Of a DNA stretch of 64,000 nucleotides, positions 22,947-36,713 are shown one piece after another (position 1 is the stretch's first letter; every line of letters starts with the position of its first letter). The stretch is from Octopus sinensis (lineage: Eukaryota): positions 45,756,001 through 45,820,000 of the forward strand of contig NC_043015.1 in the NCBI RefSeq assembly GCF_006345805.1, given 5' to 3'. The notes below the pieces were generated by a model, which had not been told where the DNA came from, did no database searches, and worked only from the letters and a program-made list of their open reading frames with translations. Made by a program: the position numbers and the translations under genes.

Positions 22947-24699
22947 GTTTTAATTTCAATTATCCGCACCAACGCACGGTTGCAACGCCAGATGGTTGTA
23001 CCTCCAACCGTGCTGTTTACTGCTGTGATTTTTGCTACTAAGGTATTGGTTAAGCTTTTGATTAATCTACTACAAGATTATTCATCTTTCTATTTCACAT
23101 TATATATATAAATATATATATATGTGTGGTCATGTGCCTTGCTCGTATCATAGAAATATCATTGATATTGTTATTGGAATGATGATGGCACATGCTGGCA
23201 GAATTGTTAAGTGTGTTGGACAAAAATGCCTGGCAGCATTTCTTCACCGGGGCTTTACACTCTAAGTTCAAATACCACTGAGGGTGAATTTATCTTTCAT
23301 CTTTTCAGAGCCAATAAAATAAGTTATATATATGTGGAGGCACGATTGCCCAGTGGTTAGGGCAGCGAACTCGCAGTTGGAGGATTGCGGTTTCGATTCC
23401 CAGACCGAGCGTTGTGAGTGTTTATTGAGCGAAAACACCTAAAAGCTCCACGAGGTCCCGGCAATGGGTGGCAATCCCTACTGTACTCTTTCACCACTCT
23501 TTCTTCTGTTGGCCTACTCACTTAGCCAGCGGGGTGGCGTCATTCAAAAGGCTAAACTAATGCGAATGCATTGTGACCAGCGATGTGTAACAACATCTAA
23601 TGGTCTGGTCGGTCACGTGATCACGTAATATATATATACATGTGTGTGGAGGCGCAATGGCCCAGTGGTTAGGGCAGCAGACTCGCGGTTGTAGGATTGC
23701 AGTTTTGATTCCCAGATCGAGTCTTTATTGAGCGAAAACACCTAAAGCTCCACGAGGCTCCGGCAGGGGGTGGTGGCGATCCCTGCTGTACTCTTTTGCC
23801 ACAACCCTTTCTTCTGTTGGCCTGCTCGCTTAGCCAGCAGGGTGGTGTCATTTGAAGGCTAAAACAGTGCGAAGTGCATTGTGACCAGCGATGTGTAGCA
23901 ACATCTGATAGCCTGGTCGGTCACGGTGATATATATTTATGTATGTATGTATATATATATTATATATATATATGTATATATATATATATGTATGTATGTA
24001 TACTTATGTATGTTTGTATATAAGTGCACATGTATATATACATATATGTGTGTGTATAATCAGAGTATACTTGGCCTGAAGGGTAGCTTGCAGTCTACCT
24101 CTTTTTTGGATAATTACTATTTCCAAGGGTCTGCTAGCTATGAAACATGTCGCCTGGATTTTATCTACCCCATTCCCTAATTTTTGGTTGTCTACTCGCA
24201 TATACAACAAGCCCAGTTGCTAACCATGAACTATTAAATAACCTTTTTCTAGCTTATCGTACTTCGATATGAGGAAAATTGCCTGCCTTCTGCGCCAATG
24301 ACCCTGTGTTGAAGGACTTAAGATTGAATACTACCCAGTTGATGCAGAAGGTGGGGAGGCCTCACATCAGTGAGTAAGGGGGGGGGCATTTGGTTAAACC
24401 AGCTACCCATGCCAGCATGGAAAAACAGACCTTCAATAATGATAATGATAATCGTCTTCACTTAAAGTTCACTTTCCAGTGCTTGCTTAGGTGAAATGGA
24501 ATTCATTGAAGCAGCTGTTTCTGTGACTGGATGCCTTTTCTGTTGCCAACCCTAAATTATTTCCAAGCAAGGCAATACTTGTCAATGGCTTATTTTCAAA
24601 GAAGATTGGAAACGAAGGACATTACTTGTGTGATGGTGACACTCCTTCGCATTGATCACATGATTTCAAAATGATGAAGTACAAAACACAATTCCACCC

Positions 24700-25022
24700 G
24701 CCTGACCACCCACCCATCCATCTGTCTTTCTTCTCAGTCCATCCATCCATCCACCTTCCTCTCACTCTATCTATCCATCCATCCATCCATCTACCCGCTC
24801 ACCCATCTATCCATCCATTCATCCATTACCCCACCCACCCACTTATCCATCCATCTACCCACCCACCCATCCATCCATTACCCCACCCACCAACTTATCC
24901 ATCCATCCACCCACCCACCCACCCACTCATCCATCCATCCATCCATTCATTCATTGACCTTACCTACCTACCTACCTACCTACATACCTACCTACCTACC
25001 TACCCACATACCTACCTACCTA
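24700..25022. repeat. (CCAT)/(CCTA) microsatellite
   Basis: Direct inspection. Confidence 0.9.
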
Positions 25023-25542
25023 CAGTGGTCCTCTTTCAGTTTTCAAACTTGGACCCATGCCCAAAAAGTGTCATACAGTGGAACTGAACCCAAAACCATG
25101 TGGGTGGGAAGCAAATTTTTTTAAACACACAGCCATGCCTGTGTCTACTCACTCACACACACAAACACATACATGCACACACACGTACATATATATGTAT
25201 TCATCATCATCATCGTCATCGTCCTCGTCATCATTTAATGTACTCCTTCCATGCTGGCATGGATTAGACAGTTTGACAGGAGTTGGCATGTGGATTGTGA
25301 AGCAAACCTCTTAACTACACAGCCATGTCTGCACTTATATTTATCTTTGTAAATAAACGTATGTTTAGACACACCCACCCACCCACACACACACATACAC
25401 ACATACACACATTCTCACAAACATGCACACACACACACAGAAACACAAATATGCACAGACATACACATAAAGATCTGCTCATAAAAATATATCAGGTGAT
25501 CAAATTTGTGTGTGTGCGTGTGTGTGTATGTGTGTGTGTGTT

Positions 25543-25601
<59 letters not shown>

Positions 25602-26716
25602 AGATATTTTAAGTGGGAACTATAGATAATCCTGTTTGTAAAGTTAGTCATCCGATTACAATTTTCCTTTGATATGTTTGCAGAAGAAATGGAAACACAA
25701 TCTAAATGTTCCAGATAATAACCTTTCAATTAAGAAGACAGAAGTGTCACACCAACCTCTGCCTCTGCCCCACCCCTAAACCTACCCACTACTAACTACT
25801 TCTAAACATTCTCCCTCCCCCCCGCCGTTCCCACCACTTCCCATTTTTTCTTGCACTTTCTTATTCTTTTCTCCTCTGTCACAATTTTATTTAATTTCTG
25901 TGCATGTATGAGTCCACACACATAATGTATATATATATTTCTTTACTACCCACAAAGGGCTAAACACAGAGGGGACAAACAAGGATAGACAAACGGATTA
26001 AGTCGATTACATCGACCCCAGTGCGTAACTGGTACTTAATTTATCGACCCCGAAAGGATGAAAGGCAAAGTCGACCTCGGCAGAATTTGAACTCAGAACG
26101 TTGCGGCAGACGAAATACTTATTTCTTTACTACCCACAAGGGGCTAAATACAGAGAGGACAAACAAGGACAGACAAACGGATTAAGTCGATTATATCGAC
26201 CCCAGTGCATAACTGGTACTTAATTTATCGACCCTGAAAGGGTGAAAGGCAAAGTCAACCTCGGCGGAATTTGAACTCAGAACGTAACAGCAGATGAAAT
26301 ACCACTAAGCACTTCGCCCGGCGTGCTAACGTTTCTGCCAGCTCACATATACAGGTGTATATATTACACCTGTATACACACAAATGTACACACATAAACA
26401 GTAGCGGGCTGGGCCTGAAAATATTGGTGGCCAGGAGATTAAGGGGGCCCACCTCCAACTACAATTCATTTATTCATTCATTTTTTGTTAAAAGTATTCT
26501 TTTCAACTGTCTACAAACACAGCCAGGCTGAATTAATTAATGCATTCTTCCAGGAGTGAATAAAAAATTCTCAAACTTGATGGAATGGGGGCCCCTTAGA
26601 TACTAACATGGGCCCCTATGTATGGATTCTAATGACGCAGGATCCCATTTGCCATCGGGCAAGCTGCAACCTGGCCAGTTCACCACTGCACATAAACACA
26701 CACACACACTCACACT

Positions 26717-26783
<67 letters not shown>

Positions 26784-26786
26784 TCA

Positions 26787-26837
<51 letters not shown>

Positions 26838-27144
26838 ATATGCAAACACTCACATGAGTTCATACAAAACAGGTCTGTAAAGAAAGCAATAACTTGAAGC
26901 ATCTGGAGCTCATCTTAATCACATCAACTGATGGGGGAAGTTAAATTATATATGTTAATTGCCTATGTATCATATATCCAAAAAAGAGCAGTAATGTATC
27001 AAAAGTAATTAAGCATATGTCCGATCGTAGATTGACTAAGGGTTTCACATCCAGAAAGGCCTTAGCCTTGTGAGGTTAAGGCCTTTTTGGATGTGAAACC
27101 ATTGGTCACTTTATGACCAGACATAAACTTAATTACATTTAATA

Positions 27145-27176
<32 letters not shown>

Positions 27177-27754
27177 AATAAGAAGAAGAATATTAGGGAA
27201 TATGATTCCAAACTTTTGTAATTCAATTTAGTAATATTAAATCAAATTTCACAATATATAATATATATGTATATAAATTAGAGAAGAACCACCATGTAGC
27301 AATTCAACAATGATATAATTAAATCATACCATATAGAAAAAGATTAAAGATATGATAAAACATTTACCTAGAACTAAATAATGTACGAAATAATAAATAA
27401 ATAGTATATAATTAGTAAATGGTATATAATAGTATAAATAAATATATAGTATAAACATATAGTATAAATAAATAGTATTATTATATAGTATAAATATATA
27501 GTCATCATCATCATCGTTTAACGTCCGTTTTCCATGCTAGCATGGGTTGGACGGTTCAACTGGGGTCTGGGAAGCCAGGAGGCTGCACCAGGCTCCAGTC
27601 TGATCTGGCAGTGTTTCTACAGCTGGATGCCCTTCCTAACGCCAACCACTCCGTGAGTGTAGTGGGTGCTTTTTACGTGCCACCGGCACAGGTGCCAGAA
27701 GAGGCTGGCAACAGAAGAGGCTGGCATGCCAGAAAAGGCATAATAATAATAGTA

Positions 27755-27787
<33 letters not shown>

Positions 27788-28349
27788 GTAGGGAATATGA
27801 TTCCAAACTTACAAGGAAAAATTCAATTTAGTAATACTAAATCAAATTTCACAATATATAATATATGTATATAAATTAGAGAAGAGCCACCATGTAGGAA
27901 TTCAACAATGATATTTTCTCTTTTTCTCTTTTCTCTTTTACTTGTTTCAGTCATTTGACTGCGGCCATGCTGGAGCACCGCCTTTAATCGAGCAACTCGA
28001 CCCCGGGACTTATTCTTTGTAAGCCCAGTACTTATTCTATCGGTCTCTTTTTTGCCGAACCGCTAAGTGACGGGGACGTAAACACACCAGCATCGGTTGT
28101 CAAGCAATGCTAGGGGAACAAACACAGACACACAAACAAACACATATATATATATATACATATATATGACAGGCTTCTTTCAGTTTCCGTCTACCAAATC
28201 CACTCACAAGGCATTGGTCGGCCCAGGGCTATAGCAGAAGACACTTGCCCAAGATGCCACGCAGTGGGACTGAACCCGGAACCATGTGGTTGGTTAGCAA
28301 GCTACTTACCACACAGCCACTCCTGCGCCTATATAATTAAAAATTTCAC

Positions 28350-28790
28350 TTTTTGAATTCAAGAAAGTGACTGGATCGTGCGAATTATTTTAGTATCATT
28401 GTCCTGTCGGCTATGCAAAGTTTGCACTGTCTGCTTCCATTGAGTTATGGGTCCAGGTTGTTTTAGCAGCTTCTAGTTAACTTTATATGGTGTTCCCACC
28501 TCTTTTAATCGTCATATGTAACAGGCTAATATTGTAACATTGAGCCCTATTTAATAACCCTTTTGATATAGATGGATAAAAGTCCACTAAATTGAATTGG
28601 GTGAAACTTGCTCTGCCTCTACCCTGGTTCACCTTAAGTTACAAAATTTCTTCATTGGTATTACGCCACGAGGAGAGACGGGGTGCCTTCCTTATGTCGT
28701 CTTTTATCTTCCTCAAGATATGCTTACTCACCAGCTCAGTTTCTGATTCACCCGGGTTAATCTGGCACTCTAGGTATAGCTGACAGAGTG
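28350..28790 (-). mobile_element. Penelope-like element reverse transcriptase fragment
   Basis: Minus translation CQINPGESETELVSKHILRKIKDDIRK..SSWRNTNEEIL*..FTQFNLVDFYPSISKGLLNRA matches the PLE RT motifs CRLINPxKSEIGxISK / QWRNT / FDIVDFYPSIS. Confidence 0.8.
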
Positions 28791-29360
28791 GGAAATCTTA
28801 GCTAAGAGGAATGTATTTATTATCACCATAGGCACAGGTATGGATGTGTGGTTAAGAAGCTTGGGTTCCCAACCACATGGTTCTGGGTTCCATCCCACTG
28901 CGTGGCACCTTGGGCAAGTATCTTCTACTATAGCCTCAGGCTGACCAAAGCCTTGTGGGAGGATTTAGTTGTACGTGTGTCTTTGTTACTGTTTGTCCCT
29001 CACCACTACTTGACAACCAGTGTTGCTTTGCTTACGTCCCAGTAACTTAGCAGATCAGCAAAAGAGAACCATAAAAATAATACGTACTGGGATCAATTCC
29101 TTTGACTAAAAATTCATCAAGGCGGTGCCCCAGCACGGCCACAGCCCAATGGCTGAAATAAGTAAAGAATCAGGGATCATAAGCCGAACTTTGCCTCCAA
29201 CCCCAAGTGCCGCCAGGTCCTGCATTAACTGACTGCAATATAATTGTGGGTCGATACTTGGAGAGGCTAAAATATAAAGCAAAGAGCCTTTGTATTTTCC
29301 AGAGTTACAGCAAACACCAATGGCTATAAGACGTCTGAACTCCTCCAACTTTAATAAATA

Positions 29361-30143
29361 CTAGCAGTATCGCCCGGCGTTGCTCGGTTTGTAAGGGAAA
29401 TAACTATAAATCATTTTTAGAGAGTTATAGCCAAAAAATAGCAAAAAAATGCATTAAAAATGGAAAAAAAATTATGGTAAATTTTTTTTTAAATCGTTGA
29501 CTCATCGTAGACATTTTTAGAGAGTTACTTCCCTTATATTAAAAAAAATATGCATTAAAATGTAAAAAAATGATGGTAAATTATTTTTAAAATCGTAGAC
29601 TCATCGTAGACGCGCGCTAATACCCAGAAGGGCTTGATATGAATCACGACTATAAGATACCCGGTTTTGGTTAAACTGCACCGCAAAATGTGGGAGTAGT
29701 TAGGAATCTAAATCGTAGGAGACAGACACACAACCTTACTTTTATATATAAACTAGCAGTATCGCCCGGTGTTGCTCGGGTTGTAAGGGAAATAACTATA
29801 TAAGCATTTTTAGAGAGTTATAGCCAAAAAATAGCAAAAAAATGCATTAAAAATTGAAAAAAAATTAAGGTAAATTTTTTTTTTAAATCGTTGACACATC
29901 GTAGATATTTTTAGAGAGTTACTTATATAAAAGCGAAAAAAATGCATTAAAATGGAAAAATATGATGGTAAATTTTTTTTAAATCGTAGACTCATCGTAG
30001 ACGCGCGCTAATACCCAGAAGGGCTCGATATGAATCACGACTATAAGATACCCGCTTTTGGTTAAACTGCACCGCAAAATGTGGGAGTAGTTACGAATCT
30101 AAATCGAAGGGGACAGACACACAACTTCACTCTTATATAAAGA
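29361..30143 (-). mobile_element. Two head-to-tail non-autonomous Helitrons (~390 bp each)
   Basis: Minus strand: 5' A|TC at 30143; 3' subterminal hairpin ccgagcaacgccggg followed by CTAG|T at 29361. Second CTAG end at 29753. No TSD. Confidence 0.78.
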
Positions 30144-30468
30144 TGCTTTTTTTTCAGTCATAGAGTTAGATTTATGAAGGTCTTCAGTAGAAAATCCTTC
30201 GAATTCTGACTCGCTGCTTGATATAATGAAATTCGTATCCATTTTTTGTCAGAATTACAAATTTTGAAAACACAATAGGAACAAATTTCGGAAAAAAATC
30301 TCCCATAATTCACGGAATTAAAATTACACTTCGATTTTTGTACAAAACTGTATTTGAAGTGTTTATGAAGTATAATCACGTGTTTTCACGAATGTACTAA
30401 AGAGATTTACTCTGATATTCTCATTTAAATATGAATAGGTAAATTCGGGCGGTTTGGTAACGAAAGGG
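30144..30468 (-). mobile_element. Terminal fragment of the same piggyBac family as 12384-13459
   Basis: Near-identical to ~13090-13459, ending GTAACGAAAGGG; truncated where the Helitron begins. Confidence 0.85.
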
Positions 30469-30959
30469 TTTATATAAGTGTCGTCTGTTTATACATAAAC
30501 ACTGTTTCATACTTTCAGTTTAGTCTTCCTCAAATCACTCTGTCGCTAATTTACTCTCTTCCAAGAACATTTTCACTCACTCTTATCTGTTAGCTTCCCA
30601 TACATTTTACTCATGTATCTATCAGCGTGATAGACAGAAACAAATATTACATCTAGTTTCACTTTATTCGTTGCACACTGTGTGTGTGTGTGTTTGCGTG
30701 TGCTGTAAACCAGACTAAGAAAAGCATTTGACATACACACCAGAATGTGAGTTTTCTGTAAATTTTGCTTAATTGGAGTTTAAATTTTAAAAACTGGACC
30801 TGGCATGACCCGATGCATTCTATTCTTAAAAATGCTAGGTAAATTGTAATTGAAGAAATCCTATATTGTAGATTTCTATAACTTACAACGGGAGGCAGAT
30901 AAAATCTGCCTTTTATAATAAGAGATATTACTCTTGAAAGAGCAATGTTGAATACAACT

Positions 30960-31335
30960 GCCTGACATATGTCCTTAAACGTCATACGGCAGCTCTCACA
31001 GTGTTTTAGATAAACTGAGATCAACAGCTTGTGACGTATCATTCCTTGATCAACTTTATCAGAGGTCTCAGCACAAAGTCAAGATACAGCACGTCCACGT
31101 TTGAAAGGTTGGGCAGCTGTTTCATTACCCAGTCATAATACAGTAGAAGCTGTGTTAAACAGCTTCTCACCTGATTGAGTTTTATGCTGAATCTAAGTTA
31201 GTAATTTTATTCTGATAAGATGATCAGATTCCCCGCTGATAATTCGTTCCATGATTTTCTTGATACGGGAAGTCAGACAGATAGGCCTGTAACTTTCAGC
31301 ATCTGCTCAGCTTCCACATTTCATGGATAGAGCAC
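30960..31335 (-). mobile_element. CR1/L2-type RT fragment
   Basis: Degenerate minus translation AESYRPICLTSP..KIMERII...SCLTQLL.YYDWVMKQL..VDVLYLDF...DKVDQGMIRHKL. Confidence 0.75.
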
Positions 31336-31370
31336 ATACATAGCTGTGTGGTAAGAAGATTGCTTCCAAA

Positions 31371-32343
31371 GGCGGCGAGCTGGCAAAAACGTTAGCACAC
31401 CAGGTGAAATGCTTAGCGGTATTTCGTCTGCCGTTACGTTCTGAGTTCAAATTCCGCCGAGGTCGACTTTGCCTTTCATACTTTCAGGGTCGATAAATTA
31501 AGTACCAGTTATGCACTGGGGTCGATATAATCGACTTAATCCGTTTGTCTATCCTTGTTTGTTCTCTCTGTGTTTAGCCCCTTGTGGGTAGTAAAGAAAT
31601 AGGTATTTCGTCTGCCGTTATGTTCTGAGTTCAAATTCTGCCGAGGTCGACTTTGCCTATCACCCTTTCGGGATCAATAAATTAAGTACCAGTTACGCAC
31701 TGGGGTCGATATAATCGACTTAATCCGTTTGTATGTCCTTGTTTGTCCCCTCTGTGTTTAGCCCCTTGTGGGTAGTAAAGAAATAGGTATTTCGTCTGCT
31801 GTTATATTCTGAGTTCAAATTCTGCCGAGGTCGACTTTGCCTTTCATCTTTTCGGGGTCAATAAATTAAGTACCAGTTACGCACTGGGGTCGATATAATC
31901 GACTTAATCCGTTTGTCTGTCCTTGTTTGTCCTCTCTATGTGTTTAGGCCCTTGTGGGTAGTAAAGAAATAGGTATTTCGTCTGCCGTTATGTTCTGAGT
32001 TCAAATTCTGCCGAGGTCGACTTTGCCTTTCATCCTTTCGGGGTCGATTAAATAAGTACCAGTTACACCTGGGTGTCGATATAATCGACTTAATCCGTTT
32101 GTCTGTCCTTGTTTGTCCTCTCTATGTGTTTAGGCCCTTATGGGTAGTAAAGAAATAGGTATTTCGTCTGCCGTTATGTTCTGAGTTCAAATTCTGCTGA
32201 GGTCGACTTTGCCTTTCATCTTTTCGGGGTCGATTAAATAAGTACCAGTTACGCACTGGGGTGTCGATATAATCGACTTAATCCATTTGTCTGTCCTTGT
32301 TTGTCCCCTCTGTGTGTAGCCCCTGGTGGGCAGTAAAGAAATA
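31371..32343 (+). mobile_element. SINE C head followed by five tandem 184-186-bp body units
   Basis: Units start with GGTATTTCG at 31418, 31602, 31786, 31972 and 32158; one head ggcggcgagctgg at 31371. Confidence 0.9.
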
Positions 32344-32904
32344 AGAAGTTTGCTTCCCAGTCACATGTCTTCTGGCTCAGTTCTACTGCATGGCACCTTG
32401 GGCAAGTCTCTTCTACTATAGACTCTGGCCGACCAGAGCCTTTTGAGAGGATTTGATGATTGGTTAGGCAAAAAGAGACCAATAGAATCAGTGCCAGTCT
32501 TAAAAAAAAAAGTCCTGGATCAACTTGTTCAATCAAAACCCTTCAAGGTGGTGCCCCAGCATGGCCACAGTCAAATTTCTGAAACAAGTAAAAGAGGTGT
32601 ACGTGTAAATGTATCCTTCCATCCATGTATACACACCTGTATGTACATATGTATGTATGTGTATGTATGTGTGTGTATGTGTGTGTATGTGCTTATGTAT
32701 GTATGCATGTGTATATGTATGTGTGTGTGTATGCAGGCATGTATGTATGTGTGTGTGCGTGAGTGAGTATGTATGTATGTGTGTATGTATGTGTGTGCAT
32801 GTGTGTATGCATGTATATATGTATGTATGTATATATGTGTGTTTTTGTATGTATGTATGCATGTATGGATGTGTGTATACGTGTATGTATATGTATGTAT
32901 GTGC

Positions 32905-32937
<33 letters not shown>

Positions 32938-34989
32938 TGTATGTATGTGTGCATGTGCGTTCGTGGGTATGTGTAAACATACATGTGTATTTGTTTATTC
33001 AGCTGATGACACTTTAAAAAAAAAACAAGAATAAATCGTGTTCCGTATACATTTCTGTCCATTTTCGTTGTTTAGATTTGGCTTTGAGCCAACAATATCC
33101 TGTTTGTTATTATATAACAACGGATGCTAAACCACAGAATAAGGCAAACTCAACTTTCAATATATTAATTTCACCCAGCCATATTTTGTGGTGGTTGTAA
33201 TATACTGGCCACCACTTCTATAGATCAGTTGGAACATCCGAACCGTCAGTCCTGGACCTTATCTGTAGCATAACTGATAACCTCACTGTTTGAGAGAACA
33301 TATTAGGAATGATCTTGTGTGAGATAACAACCATCTTTGGCTAATTTGACCCTGTTGTGTCCACTGCTCTGATTGATTGGTATTTGGCACAGTTTGTCTT
33401 TGGACTTATTCGCGCCAGTGTGTAAGCCAACCAATCATGGCCTTTGGATAAGGTCTTGTGACACAGTTTTTCTGATGCCCTGTTTGAGCCACCTTAACCC
33501 TAAAAAAAGGCCAGCATTCATTATTCCTGGTCTTTGGCTCTAGACCTTCTAAGGTCTAGTCACTGACCACCGAGCTACTCAACCATGTTCCAGTTCCAGC
33601 AACAGATGACCAGCCAGCCAGCCAGCTATGCTCCTGCTCCAGCAATGACGATACTAACTTACACCAGCGACAGGCAGGATGTTCTCCATCTCCACTGCCA
33701 TCATCACCATCATCATCCTTCAACTCTCCATCATCTCAATCTCAGTCGACTTCAACAATATATACACATCAACTCTGTCCAGGTTTAAACTCCATACTGT
33801 TGTGAATATTTCATTGAGGTAAAACAGCTACAGTCTACCTGAAAGAACTTCCTGTATCAAGAGACTCGGCACGGCATTGAAGTCACAAACCGCTGCACAA
33901 TATGTGCCCAACCGGCATTCTGCTTCATGACCCCAACATCTTGTTATAGAACTATTGCTATTATGTACCTCACTTACGAACTGGTAAACAAATTCCATCT
34001 TAACTCAATATGCTGAGAGACTTATCATATTGCTCTGTATTCTGTTTTATACACATACACTTTCTGTCACACACACGAACACACAGACACAAACACCTAT
34101 GCACATGCATTCAGACACTACACCTTTGCTAGCACCCATACTTTCTCTTTGTACACTTTGTAAATAAAGTCTTCTTCTCTCTCAAACAGTAGAATGGTTG
34201 TTGTCCTCATTTATTCCTTTTGGCACTGTATTTTATATCATGTATTTGGTTTCTTATTTTGTTAGGGGCGACCGTGCGGCGTTTTAAAGGAGACATTTGT
34301 CACCAACTCCTTATGTACGGTTGTATTCCCTACATATCTATCAGATATGGAGCTGATATACGCGTTCTCAGATTTCCTCATGAAGAAGCTCAATATATGA
34401 AAAGGATGTAGCATATACTCTAGTGAAATTCCTTTCCCCTTTATTATATGTATGGACATACGAACGCAGAAGATAGCAGCTAGCCTTTGGCTGTTATTTG
34501 AACTTTGTTGTCTCCACTACTCTGATTGGTTGGTATTGGCGAAATTTGTCTCTTGTTCTGCTGCGCCAATATGCAGCATATAACCAATCAGAGCCCCTAA
34601 ATAAGATCACGTGAAATAGCCTTTTCTCAACCCCGTTTGAACCTACTGTTCATTATAAAAACTCACCTTCTCCTTGTCTCAAGGTCTTTGGTTCTAGACC
34701 TTTCAAGGTCTAGCCACTGACCACATGAGACCCAGTCAGTTCCAGCGACAATGCCAGACAACAACACCCGTCCTACAGCAAAATGCCTAGGTTTCAATGC
34801 AGCACTGTTCGCGAATTACTTCACCATGGTTCAACAGAAAAGATACAACCTGCAAGCCAGACGACAGCACCCGTCCAACAGCATTACAGCAATCTCTTTC
34901 TTTGTCGCCACCATCTTCTTCTTAATGATGTCAACACCATCTCTCTAAGTACACATTAATATTAAAACATTAATATTAAAGTTGGGAAT

Positions 34990-35720
34990 CTACTTGGTTT
35001 TTGTATGCCTTGGCTTTTATCCAATTAATCCTTAATGCTTGATCTTGTGCAGCTATTTACAAACTTTCTGTTTCCCCTTTCTGCAACCATAACCATGTCT
35101 CACTACTACTGTTTGCCACAACTATCTTTGGGAATCTGCCATGCAATGCCTTCTTCCGCCTGTCAGATAACTTCTGTTCTTTTTTCTGGTTTTTAATTTT
35201 GTTTGGGTTTTTGATTCCCTTATGTTTTGCTGTGTCTCTAGCAGATTTTAATAAACTTTCTTCACTATTACCTACATACGAGTCTATATCTACTCTAGCT
35301 AACTCCACACAGTCTTCTACTGATATTAACCCTCTTCTGCCTTCCTTTCTAGGTAAGTATAATCTTGCTACTCCTACCCCTGTGCAGAGTCTTCCTTTCA
35401 TATTGGATTCCTTCCCAGTTCTTCTATCTAGCTTTGCTGATTCAGTTTTTGCCCAATCTACAAAAGCTGCTGAGTATCTAAGTAATGATACTGCCCAAGT
35501 ATTTACAGCCTTCACTAGATTCCAACCATTTGGCTTTGACTTCATTAGCTTCCTCACCATTCTGATGTACTCCTTATCAATTTTCGTTTTCATTTCTATA
35601 GTTAGTACTCTGTCATATTCTAATACTCCTAGATACTTATAACTCTCTCCAAGCTTTCAATGATTTTAATGTCTGGTTGTCTGGTATTTGAATGCCTTCA
35701 CAGTTGACTGCATTGTAATT
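34990..35720 (-). mobile_element. R4/Dong-clade non-LTR retrotransposon fragment
   Basis: SYKYLGVLE...KEYIRMVRKLMKSK.NGWNLVKAVNTWAVSLLRYS...RLYLPRKEGRRGLISVED...ETESL*IAAQDQAL, typical of R4-group RT/RLE elements. Confidence 0.8.
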
Positions 35721-35997
35721 AACTGGGGGATGGGATGAGGTGTGGTGGGTGGATGGGTGGATGGTGAAATGTGTCATATTTTTAAAAAAAAGGAATTAAC
35801 TAGATTCATGTAACAGTGACAAAAGGCCTGATCACCACAAACACACACACACACACACACATACATCACTGCTCTCTCTCTCTCTCACACACACAAACAC
35901 ACAAACATACATCCCCTCTCACATTATCCCACCCACACAAGCTTAAAAACGCATGTATCACACACACGCATACACACAAGCAGACAAATGCACATAC

Positions 35998-36029
<32 letters not shown>

Positions 36030-36254
36030 GAGACACACGCAAGCACACAAACACACATAAGCTCAAAAACACACACACATACACAAACATATGTCCACTG
36101 CTCTTTCTCATACACTCACACACACACACACACACAAGCTCACAAATGCACATCCCCCTCTCTTACACTCTCTTTCTCTCTCACACATACACAAGCACAC
36201 AAACACACATATATCCCACCCACACATAAGCTCAAATAGCACATCACACACACA

Positions 36255-36305
<51 letters not shown>

Positions 36306-36713
36306 CCACAGAGATATAATATTAATCTTTCATTGCTGACAAATGATTTGGTGACTTTTTTCAGATAACATCAACTACTACAAGTTTCTAAAAAAAAACC
36401 CAGTTATCTCTAAAATATCTTTCGAGGCTGAGATCACCAGTTTATTTAAGATACTGTATATTGTTTTTGTTTTGTCAGATACCGGTTGGGTCCCAAAATT
36501 TGTTTTGCTAAAATTAAACAGCGTAATTACCTCTTGTGGTTGAGTAGTTTATAACTATTATGTCACACCTGATGAGTTCCGTAGCATAACCGATACATGC
36601 TGTCCATGTTGTCCAATACCGTTTGCAGCTGTTTAACTTAATACTTTTTTGAGAAATACAAGAAGAAATGTCACAGCTCCCTTTCTATAATCTCTTTTAG
36701 GTATTGATGGAGC

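Noticed and set aside
28732-28779. Apparent 48-nt minus-strand micro-exon (LYLECQINPGESETEL, AG/GT bounded) that could join 29190-29266 and 18185-18436 into an Ig-like protein
   Set aside because: The frame continues through the supposed donor into Penelope RT motifs (VSKHIL...WRNT...VDFYPSIS), so it is a retroelement fragment.
36555-36615. Complete hammerhead ribozyme (CTGATGAG...CGATAC ATGC TGTC)
   Set aside because: The GAAA core reads GATA, and stem I strands do not pair. At best it is a decayed remnant.
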